From contig NC_043001.1 in the NCBI RefSeq assembly GCF_006345805.1, forward strand, positions 38,812,001 to 38,876,000: a stretch of DNA of 64,000 bases, given 5' to 3'. Positions 26,546 through 39,994 of the stretch are shown here, piece after piece; position 1 is the stretch's first letter, and the number at the start of each line of letters is the position of its first letter. The stretch is from Octopus sinensis (Eukaryota). The notes under the pieces were generated by a model. It made no database searches. It worked only from the letters and a program-made list of their open reading frames with translations, and was not told the DNA's origin. A program made the translations under genes and the position numbers.

Positions 26546-26675
26546 ATTTGAATTAAAATAATAAGGGTGAAAGATTGAATATTAATTTGATTAATATGAA
26601 TTGAAAACAGCGGTGTGTAGCATATAAGACCATAGCGGATCTTCTAGCAAAATAGATGTCCACTCTTAATGGTTC

Positions 26676-27270
26676 GTCATCATCATCATCGTTTAACGTC
26701 CGCTTTCCATGCTAGCATGGGTTGGACGGTTCAACTGGGGTCTGGGAAGCCAGAAGGCTGCACCAGGCCCAGTCTGATCTGGCAGTGTTTCTACAGCTGG
26801 ATGCCCTTCCTAACGCCAACCACTCCGTGAGTGTAGTGGGTGCTTTTTACAAGCCACCGGTACAGGTGCCAGACGAGGCTGGCAAACAGCCACGATCAGA
26901 TGGTGCTTTTTACATGCCACCGGAGGGAATGCATAAGTGGGCTGGCTATATCCTAGGTAGAGGCCACGGGGATTATGGCCTACTTATCCGCCGGGTCTTC
27001 TCACGCCACAGCATAATTCCAATGGTCTCGGCCCTTAGTCATTTCCTCGGGTGAGACCTAAGTTCAAAGGTCATGCTCACCACCTCGTCCCAGGTTTTCC
27101 TGGGTCTACCTCTTCCACAGGTTCCTCAACTGCTAGGGTGTGGCACTTTTTCACACACTCCTTCATCCATTCTCACCACATGACCATACCAGCGCAAACG
27201 TCTCTCTTGCACACCACAACTGATGCTTCTTAGGTCCAACTTTTCTCTCAAAGTACACTCTGTCGAGTTA
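26676..27270 (-). mobile_element. RTE family A 3' end with UTR deletion
   Basis: (CAT)n tail and C-terminal coding remnant. Confidence 0.85.
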
Positions 27271-27289
27271 TATAATAGTTTCACTTAAT

Positions 27290-27558
27290 AGTTTCAATAT
27301 TAAACTGAAAGCATCTGACATTACAATAGAGATGTTTTTGTTTCACTTTTAACACGTAATACTGAAATAGTGGAGAAGATATGATATTGCTGTGGGCTCG
27401 CCCTAGGCATGAACTTAAAAACTTTTTTTTGCCCATGACACTACATGGACCCCAAGTAACGCATGTATAAAATTTGAATGAAATTGGTCGTGTAGTTCTC
27501 AAGTTTTAGTGATTCACACAGACAGACAGGCATACATTCTCAGTTTTATATATATAGA
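27290..27558 (-). mobile_element. Non-autonomous Helitron, 5' part
   Basis: Starts TCTATATATATAAAACTGAGAATG at 27558; same family as 15260-15669. Confidence 0.65.
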
Positions 27559-28749
27559 CTAGCTGAAGGTGACCCGCTCTACGCGCAGGTAAGAGTGTGG
27601 TTGTTACTTTCTGTTGCTTCCTTTCAGCACATAAAAAGCACCATCCGAACGTGGCCGATTGCAGCGCCGCCTTGACTGGCTTGTGCCGGTGGCACGTAAA
27701 AAGCACCAACCGATCGTTGCGGCTGCCAGCCCCCCTGGCACCAGTGCCGGCGGCACGAAAAAAGCACCCACTACACTCACAGAGTGGTTGGCGTTAGGAA
27801 GGTCATCCACCTGTAGAAACACTGCCAGATCAGACTGGAGCCTGGTGCAGCCTCCTGGCTTCCCAGACCCCGGTCAAACTGTCCAACCCGTGCTAGCACG
27901 GAAAATGGACGTTAAACGATGATGATGATGATGATGATTCTCCCTCTTTGTTTCTCTCTCCTTTCTCTCTCACTTTCCCCACTCTCTTACTCTTCCTTTC
28001 TCTCGGACTCTCTCTCGCTTTCTCTTACTCTCTATCTTTATCTATCTCTCTCCCATTTATAAACAACAAAAGATCTTGAGTAAGTTGAGAAATAAAATAT
28101 TTAGAAAGATCAATCATAAATATCAGGCAGTGGCAACGGAAAGGTCTGCTTCAAGGCAGACAGCAAAACGCTAACATTTAAAAGGGACAGACGAACTTGC
28201 GAGCTGAATAAAAATAATAAAATATTGGAAACAAAGTTTGAAGGGATAGAATCTGAGGATAGTAGAGTCACCATGGCTGGCATTTCTTAACGACGGACAG
28301 CAACGTATTGACAGTTTAACGGCTGCCGTAAAATTTTGAACTTGATGTAAAAGAAAATTCGTAAACACCAAGTTTTGAAGTGATTCTTTCTCACGACAGT
28401 AGACTCACCATGGCAAGCATTCAAAACTTCTTCATCATGGACGGCAACACATTGACGATTAAAAGGCTGGCGCAAATTTTTTAGCTTGATGTAACAGAGA
28501 ATTGCTAAACACCCGCTCCTTTAAATTTTAATCCCCTTCCAGCCCCATTTAGACCCCTTTTCACATTTTGGTTAATATAACCCGATTTCATTCGGGTCTA
28601 CTGGGGCCACAATTTATAAGATGAGGAATTTTGTCCTAGAGGTCACGCCTTTCATTTGAGGAAAAAAATAGTTGTCATGCAAACTTGTCAGCACTTTTAA
28701 CATAGGTGTGCATATTTTCAGCTGAATCGACCGACCACATAATGCACAC

Positions 28750-28792
<43 letters not shown>

Positions 28793-29516
28793 GTGTGTGT
28801 GTGTGTGCACGCATTATATATACAAAGTATATATATATATATATATATATGTATACATTAAATTAGAGATAAAACCACTAATAGGCAAATGAAACTGAAA
28901 AAACATAAAAATAAAAATATAATATAGAAAATATATAAAATATAAAATTGAAAAATTTAAATTATTTAAATTTACAATAAAATTATTAAATTATATTTAT
29001 AATTTGTTTAAAAATAAATATAACTATGAAAAAGTATTAAAAAGTTTAATATACATAAATACAGATATATACACTTTGTATATATACATTATATATACAT
29101 ATTTATATATAGAACACACATATATAAATGAACGCAAGGAATATCTGATTCATAATATTTGTTCTCATGATTGTGTGTTGTTGGTGGCAATGATAATTAT
29201 CTCTATGAATGCAGACAGTGAGATAAAGAACGCCGTTTGACGAACTTATAAAGGGAAAGTGAAGGGGAGTTAGAGGGGAATGGAGGAAATAGCGTGAGTG
29301 AGGAAGACAGATATGTAAAAGAATGGGAGTGGACTTGTCAAAGTGGATTTGTGGCCCTAGCAACGACACCTTTTCATATAGGGATTCTAAGGTAGCCCAC
29401 GGGCATCGTCACTCATTTTACATGTCCCTGTAAATTTTGGTGTCAATCCGATGGGTTGTAGTGGCCTTGAAAGCGATCCAAGCGGTCCAAAAACATTTCA
29501 GTTTTATATATAGAGA
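27559..29516 (-). mobile_element. Non-autonomous Helitron with nested insertions
   Basis: 5' A|TCTCTATATATAAAACTG at 29516; 3' hairpin remnant and CTAG at 27559-27562; RTE tail nested at 27620-27937. Confidence 0.65.
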
Positions 29517-29529
29517 TATATGGCTTTGT

Positions 29530-29850
29530 TTAACACCATTTCAACACATACTCTCAATTCTATCATGAAAACATCTAAGCAGAGGAACACACTTAACAGG
29601 ACACTGAAGATTCAGAACATTCCATAAAGCACTTCTATTTACAGGATCAAAAGTCTTCTTCAGATCAACAGAGACTTCATACAAGTCCAGCTTCTGTTCA
29701 ATGCATTTCTCTTGAAGTTGCCAGACAGGATGCAAAACAAAAATCCTATCCAATATCACTCTGCCACTTCTGAAACTACACTGAGACTCCAGAAGAAGCT
29801 TCTCAGCAATGTTGCTGGGAAGTCAATCCAGAATGACACAAAACCTTGCT
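29530..29850 (-). mobile_element. Old BovB-like RTE fragment (proximal RT)
   Basis: QLQEKCIEQ..VDLKKTFDPVNRSALW. Confidence 0.7.
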
Positions 29851-30336
29851 TTTAAGAGAAAGAGAAGATAATTACTGTAGAATTTCCCAACTCTCTGTTG
29901 TAGACAAAGTGTGGTGTATGTTTATATTTATGTACATCTAAGTATATCATCATCATCATCATAATAACATCTGTTTTCCATGCTGGCATATGTTGGAAAG
30001 TTTGACAGGAACTGACAAGGCTAGAAGCCACAACAATGTTCACTGTCTGTTTTGGTATGGTTTCTGCAGCTTGATGGCTTTACTGATGCCAACCACTTTA
30101 CAGATTGTATTGGTGATTTTATGTGGCACCAGCGCCAGTGCTTTTTACATGGCAACAGCATTAACAGGGTCAACAAGTACCTTGCAACACAAAATACCCT
30201 ACCAACTGGGAGAGTGTAGCTTTGTAGCAGTTGTGAGATTTAAAGTACAGAGGGGACAGATATAGGTGTATTACTGTTGTAGGAATTACATGGATATGCC
30301 ATGTCTTGCTGCAGAGGAGTTACATGGATATACATA

Positions 30337-32749
30337 CATCATCATCATCGTTTAACATCCAATTTCCATGCTAGCGTGGGTCGGAGGGTTCAACTGGGGT
30401 CTGGGAAGCCAGGAGGCTGCATATGGCAGTGTTTCTACAGCTGGATGCCCTTCCTAACGCCAACCACTCAGTGAGTGTAGTGGGTGCTTTTTACATGCCA
30501 CTGGCATAGAGACCAGGGGAGGACGGTAGACTGCCATGATTGGTTGGTGCTTTTTACGTGTCACCAGCATGGACGCCAGTCAAGGCGGCGCTGGCATCAG
30601 CCACGTTCGGATGGTGCTTTTTACATGCTACTGGTACAGGTATCACTTCTACAATTTCCATTGATTTTTATTTTGATGTAGATGTACTTAACTCAATAGG
30701 TCTCCTCAAGCACAGCAGGTCCTCAAGCACAAGGTAAGCATAGTAGGCCATCCTGCGAACCATAAACTACCTTTATGTGTTGGGTTTTCGCAGTCACAGC
30801 ATATCTCAGGGGTCACGGTCATTCGTCATTGCCTCTGTGAGGCCCAACATGCCACTGCCATGGGTATCACAACTACAATATCCATTTGATTTTTTATTTT
30901 GATGTTGATGTATTTGACTCAATAGGTCTCCTCAAGCACAGCAGGCCATCCTGCGAGCCATGAACTCACTTCATTTGTCGAGTCTTCTCAGTCACAGCAT
31001 ATCTCCAGAGGTCTCGGTCTATTGTCATTGCCTCTGTGAGGCCCAACGTTCAAAGGTCATGCTTGACCACCTCATCCCATGTCTTCCTGGGTCTACCTCT
31101 ACCCTGGATTCCTTCAACAGTTTGGGGGTGGCACTTCCTCACACATCTCTCAGCACCCATCTGTAGTACATGACCATACCAACAGAAATGCCTCTCCTGC
31201 ATGCCACATCCGATGCTTCTTATGTTCAACATTTCTCTCAGGGCACTTACACTGTCATGCATGCACACTGACATTACACATCCAGTGGATCATGGTAGCT
31301 TCATTTCTTTCGAGCCTACGCATATCCTCCGCAGTCACGGCCCACGTTTCACTGCCATGTAGCATTGCAGTTCACATACATGCGTCGTACAATCTACCTT
31401 TCACTCTGAGCGAGAGACCCTCTGTCGCCAGCAGGGGAAGAAGGTTTCTAAACTTTGGCCAGGCTACTCTTATTCTAGTGGTAACACTCTCTGAGCATCC
31501 ACCCCCACAACTAACTTGGTCACCTAGGTAGCAGAAAACTATCAACTACTTCTAGTTTCTCCTCCTGGAATGTGATCAAATCTGTTTTCTGAGTATCTGT
31601 GGTGTCTATTGGCCTGTGCATCTGCTGCACACGAAAGCTATCTTCTCGATAAATTTTCCTTTGATGTTGTTGCACCTCTTATGTGTCCATAGCTTACATT
31701 GGGTACATCTTATGGAGTTTCTACCTACACCGTTTCTACAGATCGAGCAAGGCCACCTGAGGCGGTGTATGATGTGTTCGCCTTCCTACTTACTAGAACT
31801 TTGGTCTTTGCTGCATTGATTCTAAGGCCTTTTGTTTCCAAACTTAGCTTCTACACACAAAATTTCTTTTCTAGTTCCGGTAGTGATTCTGTTGTGAGGG
31901 CCAGGTCATCAGCATAGAGGAGCTCCCAGGGGCAACCCGTCTTGAATTCCTCTGTTATTGCCTGGAGGACTATGATGATTAAAAGGGGACTGAGGTGGAC
32001 CCCTACTTTTACCCAGAATTCTTCATTATACTCATTGACAATCCTAATACAGCCCTTATTAACCATTCGTCAATCTCCAGTTTCCGCATCGCCCACCAGA
32101 TAAGGGATTAGGGCACCCTGTCAAAGGCTTTCTCCAAGTCCACAAAAGCTAAGTATAGGGGTTTATCTTTAGCTAGGTATTTCTCCTGCAGTTGTCGAAC
32201 CAGGAATATAGCATCAGTGGTGCTTCTACCCAGCACAAGACTGAACTGCAACTCATCTAAGCAGACTCTCTCTCTGATGAGATAGACTATGACCCTCTGA
32301 TGAGATGGACTTGCACCAATCACACACTTGGTCTGTAGCACTCAGCAAGCTGTCCTGTAGGAATTTCCAGCTACCTTCTATGTCCGATGTTTGTAGCTCC
32401 TCCTCCCTCTCCTCAAATTTCTTGATGAGGATGTCTCTAAATCTCTGACCATGTGAAGGGTTCTTTAGCTTCCAAATCCTTCTTTTTTGGATTGTCTACT
32501 TCTTGGTATCCTTCTGGCCTTGAGCATAAAGTCACTAATGATTAGCCTATGCTGGGGTGTACATTCTTCACCTGGGAGGATCTTTGTATTTAAGAGCAAC
32601 CCTGCGTCCCGTTGTCTAGTGAGGATGAAATCAATCTGGCTAGCAGAGTCCCCTCATTGATAGGTTATAAGGTGGTTGTCTGGCTTCCTGAAGTGAGCGT
32701 TGCAGATTAAAAGTTTACATGCATCACAGAACTCCAGTAGCCTGGTTTC

Positions 32750-32752
<3 letters not shown>
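30337..32752 (-). mobile_element. RTE LINE, family A, with deletion and duplicated 3' segment
   Basis: RLLEFCDACKLLICN, DAIFLVRQLQEKY, ELLYADDL; (CAT)n tail at 30337. Confidence 0.9.
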
Positions 32753-32798
<46 letters not shown>

Positions 32799-33059
32799 TT
32801 ATATAGTTCACAGATGAGATCCAGATATTCTCCATACAGAAAACACTTAACAGTGCTCAAAAGATTCAGACTTAGACTCTGATGTCTTTACAGGGGATCA
32901 TTTCACAATGTAAAGAAAGGCTATAAGAGGGATCCGGTTAAGCAGGTATAGAATCAATTATGGGGATAAACAAATTGGACACATCAAATATATTAAATAC
33001 ATCAAATAAGAAATATGTATACATATAAAACAAAAGAAAGTGTGTGTGTATGTGTGTAA

Positions 33060-33790
33060 GTAGTTTTCTGTGAGTTGAGGACTTTCTGTGATTCACTTTG
33101 AATCTCAACAACAGTGTTAAAACAGCGACCTTTGAGCTGCATTTTCATCTTGGGGAAGAGGTGGGAATCTGGAGCTAAATCTGGCAAATAGGGCAGGTGC
33201 AGAAGAGATACCATATTGCTTTATGAGAAACTCATGTGTGAGGAGAGTTCAGTGACAGTGTGCATTGTTGGCATAAAGAATCCAGTTCTTCATGCTCCAC
33301 AGATATGGTCACTTCCACTGAATGTCCTCCATCAAATGCTTCAAAACATCATGGTAGAACTCTCAACTGACCATCTGGTCTTGGGGAACAAATTATCAAT
33401 GCACAATAGCACCTTTTTGGAGGTGACACTTGTGGAAGATCTTCCAGATCACTCATCATCTTCCAGGGAAGTTCTTCTACTTTTGAAGTGCCCATACCAC
33501 AAGAAACATTGTATACAACCCTTTGCATCATCACCATAAGCTTGCAGAAGCATGCTCAATGTCTCTGAAACAGGCTTACCAAGTTTAACACAAAATATCC
33601 CATTGGCTCTTTGTTATTGTCCATGGCAAAATTGCAGACTACAGCATACACATGATTACAAAAAAACATATTTCACAACTTGTGAAGTAATCACATCTAT
33701 ATCACTCAGCACTCTGCCTTGTGAAGGCCATTGCTAGCTCTCACTTTATACACAAACTGTGCACTGCCATCTGTTGGCAGGTTATGAATT
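33060..33790 (-). mobile_element. Mariner transposase remnant
   Basis: HLPYLPDLAP..LFPKMK..LKG (YSPDLAP motif); homologous to 61694-62815. Confidence 0.85.
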
Positions 33791-34014
33791 TATGGCTGAT
33801 TCAGCAAAATACTAATGTACAAATTATAAAAGGTAGCTATGCACAATATAAAACCGTAAAGCAAAAATTCGATTGTCACTTATTGTGACTGAGGGTGCCA
33901 GGTAGCACCTATATTGTAAGAAATAAGAGTTAAAAACCTTTAGAGCTATGTTGGAACAGAAGCGAGGCCCCATTTTACAAGGGAAATCTAAGACTAGCTT
34001 CACTTCAGAATTAC

Positions 34015-35880
34015 AGTATGCTGATGTCCTTGCTCTCATAACAGAATCTGTAGCAAAGTTGGAAAAGAATTCCTGGTGTGAAAGAAAACCCTGGAACTGA
34101 GTAACCTTAAAGAAAATAAGAATATAGATAAGACTCTACTCATTTCAGGTAAATGGCTATACTCAATATGAAGGAAAGTTTTAGGCAGGAATTCCATACA
34201 GTATACCCAGTGAAAGCAATGGATAAACAAGAGATGCAGTGGAATCACAGGAAGGTTAATGGAGAGAGAAGTGTTTCTACATAGAAAATGCATAGGAGCC
34301 ATGAGGTCTTCAAATACATGGGAAATTGATTTACTAACATGCCCAAAGGCTCCCTGGAGGTAGAAGATAATTTCTGCTATCTAAGTGACTGATTAGCAGT
34401 GGAGGAAGATGTTCTGAAAGTGTAGTTGATGGAATAAGAAGAGGATGGAAGAAATCAGAGAGCTTTTATCTCTGTTGGCAACAAAAAACTCTCTCTCTCT
34501 CTGAGAGAAATGAATGGCAATGCTATAGTGAGACATGCAAGTCTGGAGAGGAATAAAGCTAGTATGCTCCATTGCATGTGCAATACCAGTGTGCATATAC
34601 AAGAAAGTGGTAATCTATTGAGTGGAAAGTTATGTGTAAGAGGAATTACATATAGTGTGCAAGAGATAAGACTGCATTGATTTGGTCATGGGATGCTTAT
34701 GACGAGGACAGTTGCATAAAGAAGTACTGAGCACTTAAAGTGGATGAAACGTGTGGAAGAGGAAGACCGAGAAAGACATGGAATGATGTATTGAAGGCTG
34801 ATCTCAAGATGCTCAGTCTTACAAAGATGACAAAGGACCAAGATGATTGATGGTTTTTGTACTCAAGAAGGCCATCACCACAGTAGAACTGATATCCTGA
34901 AACCACATTTGTAAAGCTTGGATATGTGGAGCTCTGCCCCAACTCCATTCTCTCCCCTTCATCAATCATTTCCCTAGCCTTGGCTTCTCTATCTTTTGTA
35001 TTACTCAGCTGCTGTAATCACCTGAGAGCAGGTTCTACTCTCAGGCACATTCATCCCCTCCCTTTTGGTTATCTTCTTCATCTTTCTCCTGGAACCACTT
35101 CCATTTCTCAATGTTTTCACCAATCACCGCCTTTTATTGCCTTTAGCCATTGCTCTCTCTCCTCTTTGCTACACTCCATCCTTAACACTTTATTTTCTGT
35201 CATCACTCTTAACGCCTTCACATATCTACCATAGTCTTCATGCCACCCCATCCTGAGCCACTCCTATATCTCCCATGTTCACTTAATATGATCACCTGTA
35301 TCCCATCTCTAACCTTCTCTCCTCACACTGGTATGAAATTTGCCCTTCTATTACCCACTGCCGATTCACTGTACCACTTAAGTTATATTTACCCCCCATT
35401 GTACCTTGCAGGTATGTCCCAACACATGTCTACCATCATTTCTCTCGCTCTCTCTCTTTCTCTATCTTTCTCCCTAACTCTCTCTCTCTCTCTCAATCAT
35501 ACTCCCTGTCTCTCTCTTTATCCTTCTGTCTAACTGTCTCACTCTTTAATTCCTTTCTTTTCCAATAGGGTTATCGATATATCTCTTCTTCAGCAAGACA
35601 CCTATATTTATTACATGATTAAACTTTTTAAGCTCTCATTGACTGGCACAAAGCCACTTCCCTCAGTATTTCTCCTCCGGGGTCTTTGTCAAGTTACTTA
35701 GTGTTTCCTGTGGGGCTGGTGCAATGTAAAAAGCACCCAGAACATTGCATAAAGTGGTTAGTGTTATGAAGGGCATCAACCAGTAGAAACCATGCTAAAG
35801 CAGACAATAGAGCATGGTACAGTCCTCTGGCATACCAGATCCTGGCAAACTGTCAGACCCATGGATGTTAAAAGTTGATG
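34015..35880 (+). mobile_element. Degenerate RTE 3' part with pyrimidine-rich UTR
   Basis: YADV remnant, CGRGRPRKTW, family tail. Confidence 0.7.
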
Positions 35881-36019
35881 ATATACAAATATATACATAT
35901 TACACATACATATACACATACATAAATACACACACGCACACACACACACAAATACATACATATATGCACACAGATAGAAATACATGCAGACAGACAGACA
36001 GATACATACACACAAACAC

Positions 36020-36063
<44 letters not shown>

Positions 36064-36064
36064 G

Positions 36065-36805
36065 GTGTTAGAAATGTGTAAAATTCAGAACAGATGAAAT
36101 TATTATGAGACAAGGAAACAGAGCAAATCCCGAAATGAAGCGAAGTTTCAGCAGGACCAAATGTGACTAAGTGGTAGAACAGTGAGGTAGATAGGGCCAT
36201 AAAAACAAAGTGACAGGCTTGGGAAGAGTGGGAAAATAGTGGTAGCAAAGACCTGTCAAGTTGTTGAAAGGAAAGCTAAGCAATAAATTTATTTAGAAAG
36301 GGCAGAAGCAGAAAGTAAGAGGTTTGCCAGTGTCTTACAGCATGAATATGAGAGGCATGAGATACTCTGGATTGTAAGACAGTGTAAAAATGAGAATCAA
36401 GATGTGGGAGAGATGTGTGCATAGCTGGGAAATGACATGCTTGCTCTTCGTGTTTCTGAAAAGAGAGAGGCATGGAAGTGCTACTCTAAAAGGCTATTAA
36501 ATGTGGAAAATGCAGAGGAAAAAGAAAGTTTCCTCAATGTTGATCTTACAGACGGACCAGCCATCCTAGCTGACAGTATTGTGATAGACAAGGCAATAAA
36601 GGATATGACTGTGGGAGCTTCTGGTCCATCAGAAATTACAGTTGAGATACTTAAAATATCTGGCAGAGTAGGTTACAGCCTAGTCACCTGTATAATTAAT
36701 CAGGCTACACAAGGTATCATAGCCAAAAACTGGTGTTGCAGCATTGAAGTCAGTTGTTACAAAGATAAAAGGAATACCTAAAGTAATTCCAAATTACTGG
36801 ACCAG

Positions 36806-36883
<78 letters not shown>

Positions 36884-38850
36884 ACAGCCCAGTTAATCAA
36901 AAACAGAATTAAACTAGATGCGATGCAGGAGAAGTATTTAGTTAAGAGTAAATCATTGTACTTGGCATTTGTTGACCTGGAGAAAACTTGGCAGAGTCCT
37001 TTGCTCTATGATTTGGTGGTTTTAGAAGAAGCTTGTGAAAGCTATACAGTAAATGAAAGTTAGGCATGAGTTTAGTGATGAATTTACAGTACAAGTAGGG
37101 GTCCACCAGGGATTAGTTCACACTCCCTTCCTATTCATCATTGTCCTCCAGGCCATAAAAGAGAATTTTAAGACTGGCTGCCCCTGGAAACTACTATAAG
37201 CTGATGAATTTATTCTCAAAGCAGAATCTGAAGTAGAATTAGAAAAAAAATTTCAGGTGTGGAAGCTTAACCTAAAATCAAAAGGCCTTAAAGTTAAATT
37301 AGTGAAAACCAAAATTCTAGTAAGAAAACAGGACAGGTCTTTATTCTGTTCAAGTAAATGACATTTACACTTTGCTATATGTAGAAAATTATAACCAGCA
37401 ATTCCATACAGTGTATACAGTGTAAGCTATGGACATACAAGAAGTGTAACTGAATCACAAGAAGGCTAATGGAGAAAATAGATTTTGCATTTGGAAGATA
37501 CATGGGAGCAATGAACACCAACACACAAGATGTCTTGAATGCACTGGAGGCTCTCTGGAGGCAGTAGATAGTTTCTGCTACCTAGGTGACATAATTAGCA
37601 ATGAAGGACAGTGTTATGATAGTATAGTGGATAGAATAAGAATAGGATGATTAAGTTCATAGAGCTATTACCATTGTTTACTACAAAACTTTTCTCTCTC
37701 TGAGTGAAAGAAAATTGTAAATGCAGAAGATATGTGAAGACTAGGGAGGAATAAAGCTAGTAGGCTCCATTGGATGTGTAATGTCAGTGTACATGTACAA
37801 CAAAGTACTGAGTTAATGAGTGAAAAATGAAGCCTAAGAGAAATCAGATATAGTGTGCAAGAGAAATAACTGAGCTGGTTTGGTTATGTAATGTGTATGG
37901 AAGAGGACAGTTGCATAAAGAAGTGCCAGTTACTCAAAACAGAGGTAACTTGAGGAAGAAGAAGGACCAGGAAGACATGGAATGTAGTAGTGAAGGCTTA
38001 CCTCAAGATGTTGAACCACTTTCAGGAAACAACAAAGGACTGAGAAAATTGACTATTCACTATGCCTCAGAAGACCAACCCACCAGAGTACAGATGATGT
38101 CCCAAAAGTATTCTGTTTGTACTTGCAACTCATTCTACCCCATCAAGCAATCTTCACATCTTATTCCCTATGACCCATTCCTCCATCACTGATCTATCCT
38201 TTCTGAGCTACTTCTATTTCTCCCACCTTAATGATATTCCCCCCAAACCCCATCTCCACCTTTGTCTATCACTCACTACATTCACCTCTGCCTCCATCTC
38301 TAACAATACATTACTTCCCCATTATACTTTTACGAACTTATCCATTCTCCCCTCCCCTTCCAAGACCTACTGTCTACATATATCTTATGCTCACCTTCTT
38401 GTACCTTAAGAATTTGTCTTCACACTGCAACACTATCTTCTTTTACCACATCCCCAACTGCTCCCATCTACCTCTATGTTATGTTGCGTAGCCATATACC
38501 TCCACTATAGTAAGACACCTGTGCTTATCCCTCTATCATACTCTAGCCTTTCAACACCTGGTGTAAAGCAACTACTCCATCTCAAATACTCTCCCCCACC
38601 ACTTAGTAGCAGGAGCTTTTTCTTTTGCTTTTTTCCTTGTTGTTCTCTTGTCTTGCAAGTCACTTGGTGACCACACCAGTGCTGGTGGCATGAAAGAAGT
38701 GCACAATACACATTGTAATATCCAACTGTAGAAATCATACCAAAATTAACACTGGAACTTGGCACAGCGCTGCAATATGCTGGATCATACCCAACCATCC
38801 AACCAATGCCAGCATGGAAAATCGATGTTAAATGATCATCATAATCATCA
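36065..38850 (+). mobile_element. Degenerate RTE LINE copy
   Basis: KREAWKCY..GPSEITVEILK; collinear remnants; tail near 38840; internal (GA)n expansion. Confidence 0.75.
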
Positions 38851-38909
38851 CACACATGCACACACACACACGCACGCATGCACACACACACACACACACA
38901 TGCACACAC

Positions 38910-39430
38910 AGTGTCTGGGCTAAATTTGACAGTTTGCATGAAACAAAAAGAAAACTCAAAATCCCATCCAAAAATTAAGTATTTAAAAATATTAAGAAGA
39001 ATATCGACTACATTATGACTGGGAGATAATAATTTACTCAAAGTAGTCACCTCTAGCTTCCATCACTGCCCCAAAATAGCTCTGGATAACTTCTTTGATC
39101 TTGGCTACCAGCTTAGCTTTGGTGTTGCAGGCAGAGCAGTTGGTCTCTTTCTCAATCACATACCATGCATAGTAATCCCTGAGATTACAATTGGGGAAAT
39201 TGGGAGACCTGAAACTGGAGCTTGTGAAGTCACAGGAATTTTCCAAAAACCACTTCTGACTCCTTCTGCAGATACAAGGAACATAATCCTGCTGTCATAC
39301 ATATGGCCTTCCTGCATCAACCTTATCCAGTCAGGGTTTAATTAGTCTACAGCAGCTTCACATAACCATCAGTCTCCAGCAATTGAGCCTAAGGCACACA
39401 AAAAGACCATCACAGTTATTAATTGACTAA
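38910..39430 (-). mobile_element. Tc1/mariner remnant
   Basis: SPNFPNCNLRDYYAW resembles SPDxNPxDYxxW. Confidence 0.6.
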
Positions 39431-39650
39431 ACTGAATTTTATTATATCATATTAAGTTACATGTGCCATCATGATTTTAATTCAGTAATCATCACAACTG
39501 TCCAACAAACAGAAATGTGAAACCGTGAAACAGTTTTGTGAAGATTTTTCAGCTTTAATAAAAGTATATAATTCTGTCTTAGGTATCTGAGCACTATGTT
39601 TTCCATTTTGTATTTTCCATTAATGTGCTTACTTGTGTGTGTGTATTTTC

Positions 39651-39684
<34 letters not shown>

Positions 39685-39690
39685 ATTTTC

Positions 39691-39722
<32 letters not shown>

Positions 39723-39994
39723 ATCATCATCATCATCATCATTTAACGTCTGTTGTCCATGCTGGCATCAGTTGGATAGTATGACTGGGCTAAATGTGTA
39801 AATTTTTTTTTTAATGAAATTTTTTTTTACTCTATTACTTAGCCCGGCTGTAATGCTTTCATGTGATTAGTTGAAAGGAAAGGTGAAGAGTGAAAGGAAA
39901 AGGAGAGAGAAAAAGAGGGTAAGGTAAAAAGTGAGGGAGAAAGAGGGAGTATACTGTGAATTAAGTTTATAAAATTGTGCATGTAGTATATATG

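Noticed and set aside
39490-39610. PLE pseudo-LTR-like end with a hammerhead
   Set aside because: Only gaaac remains; core and stems cannot be recovered
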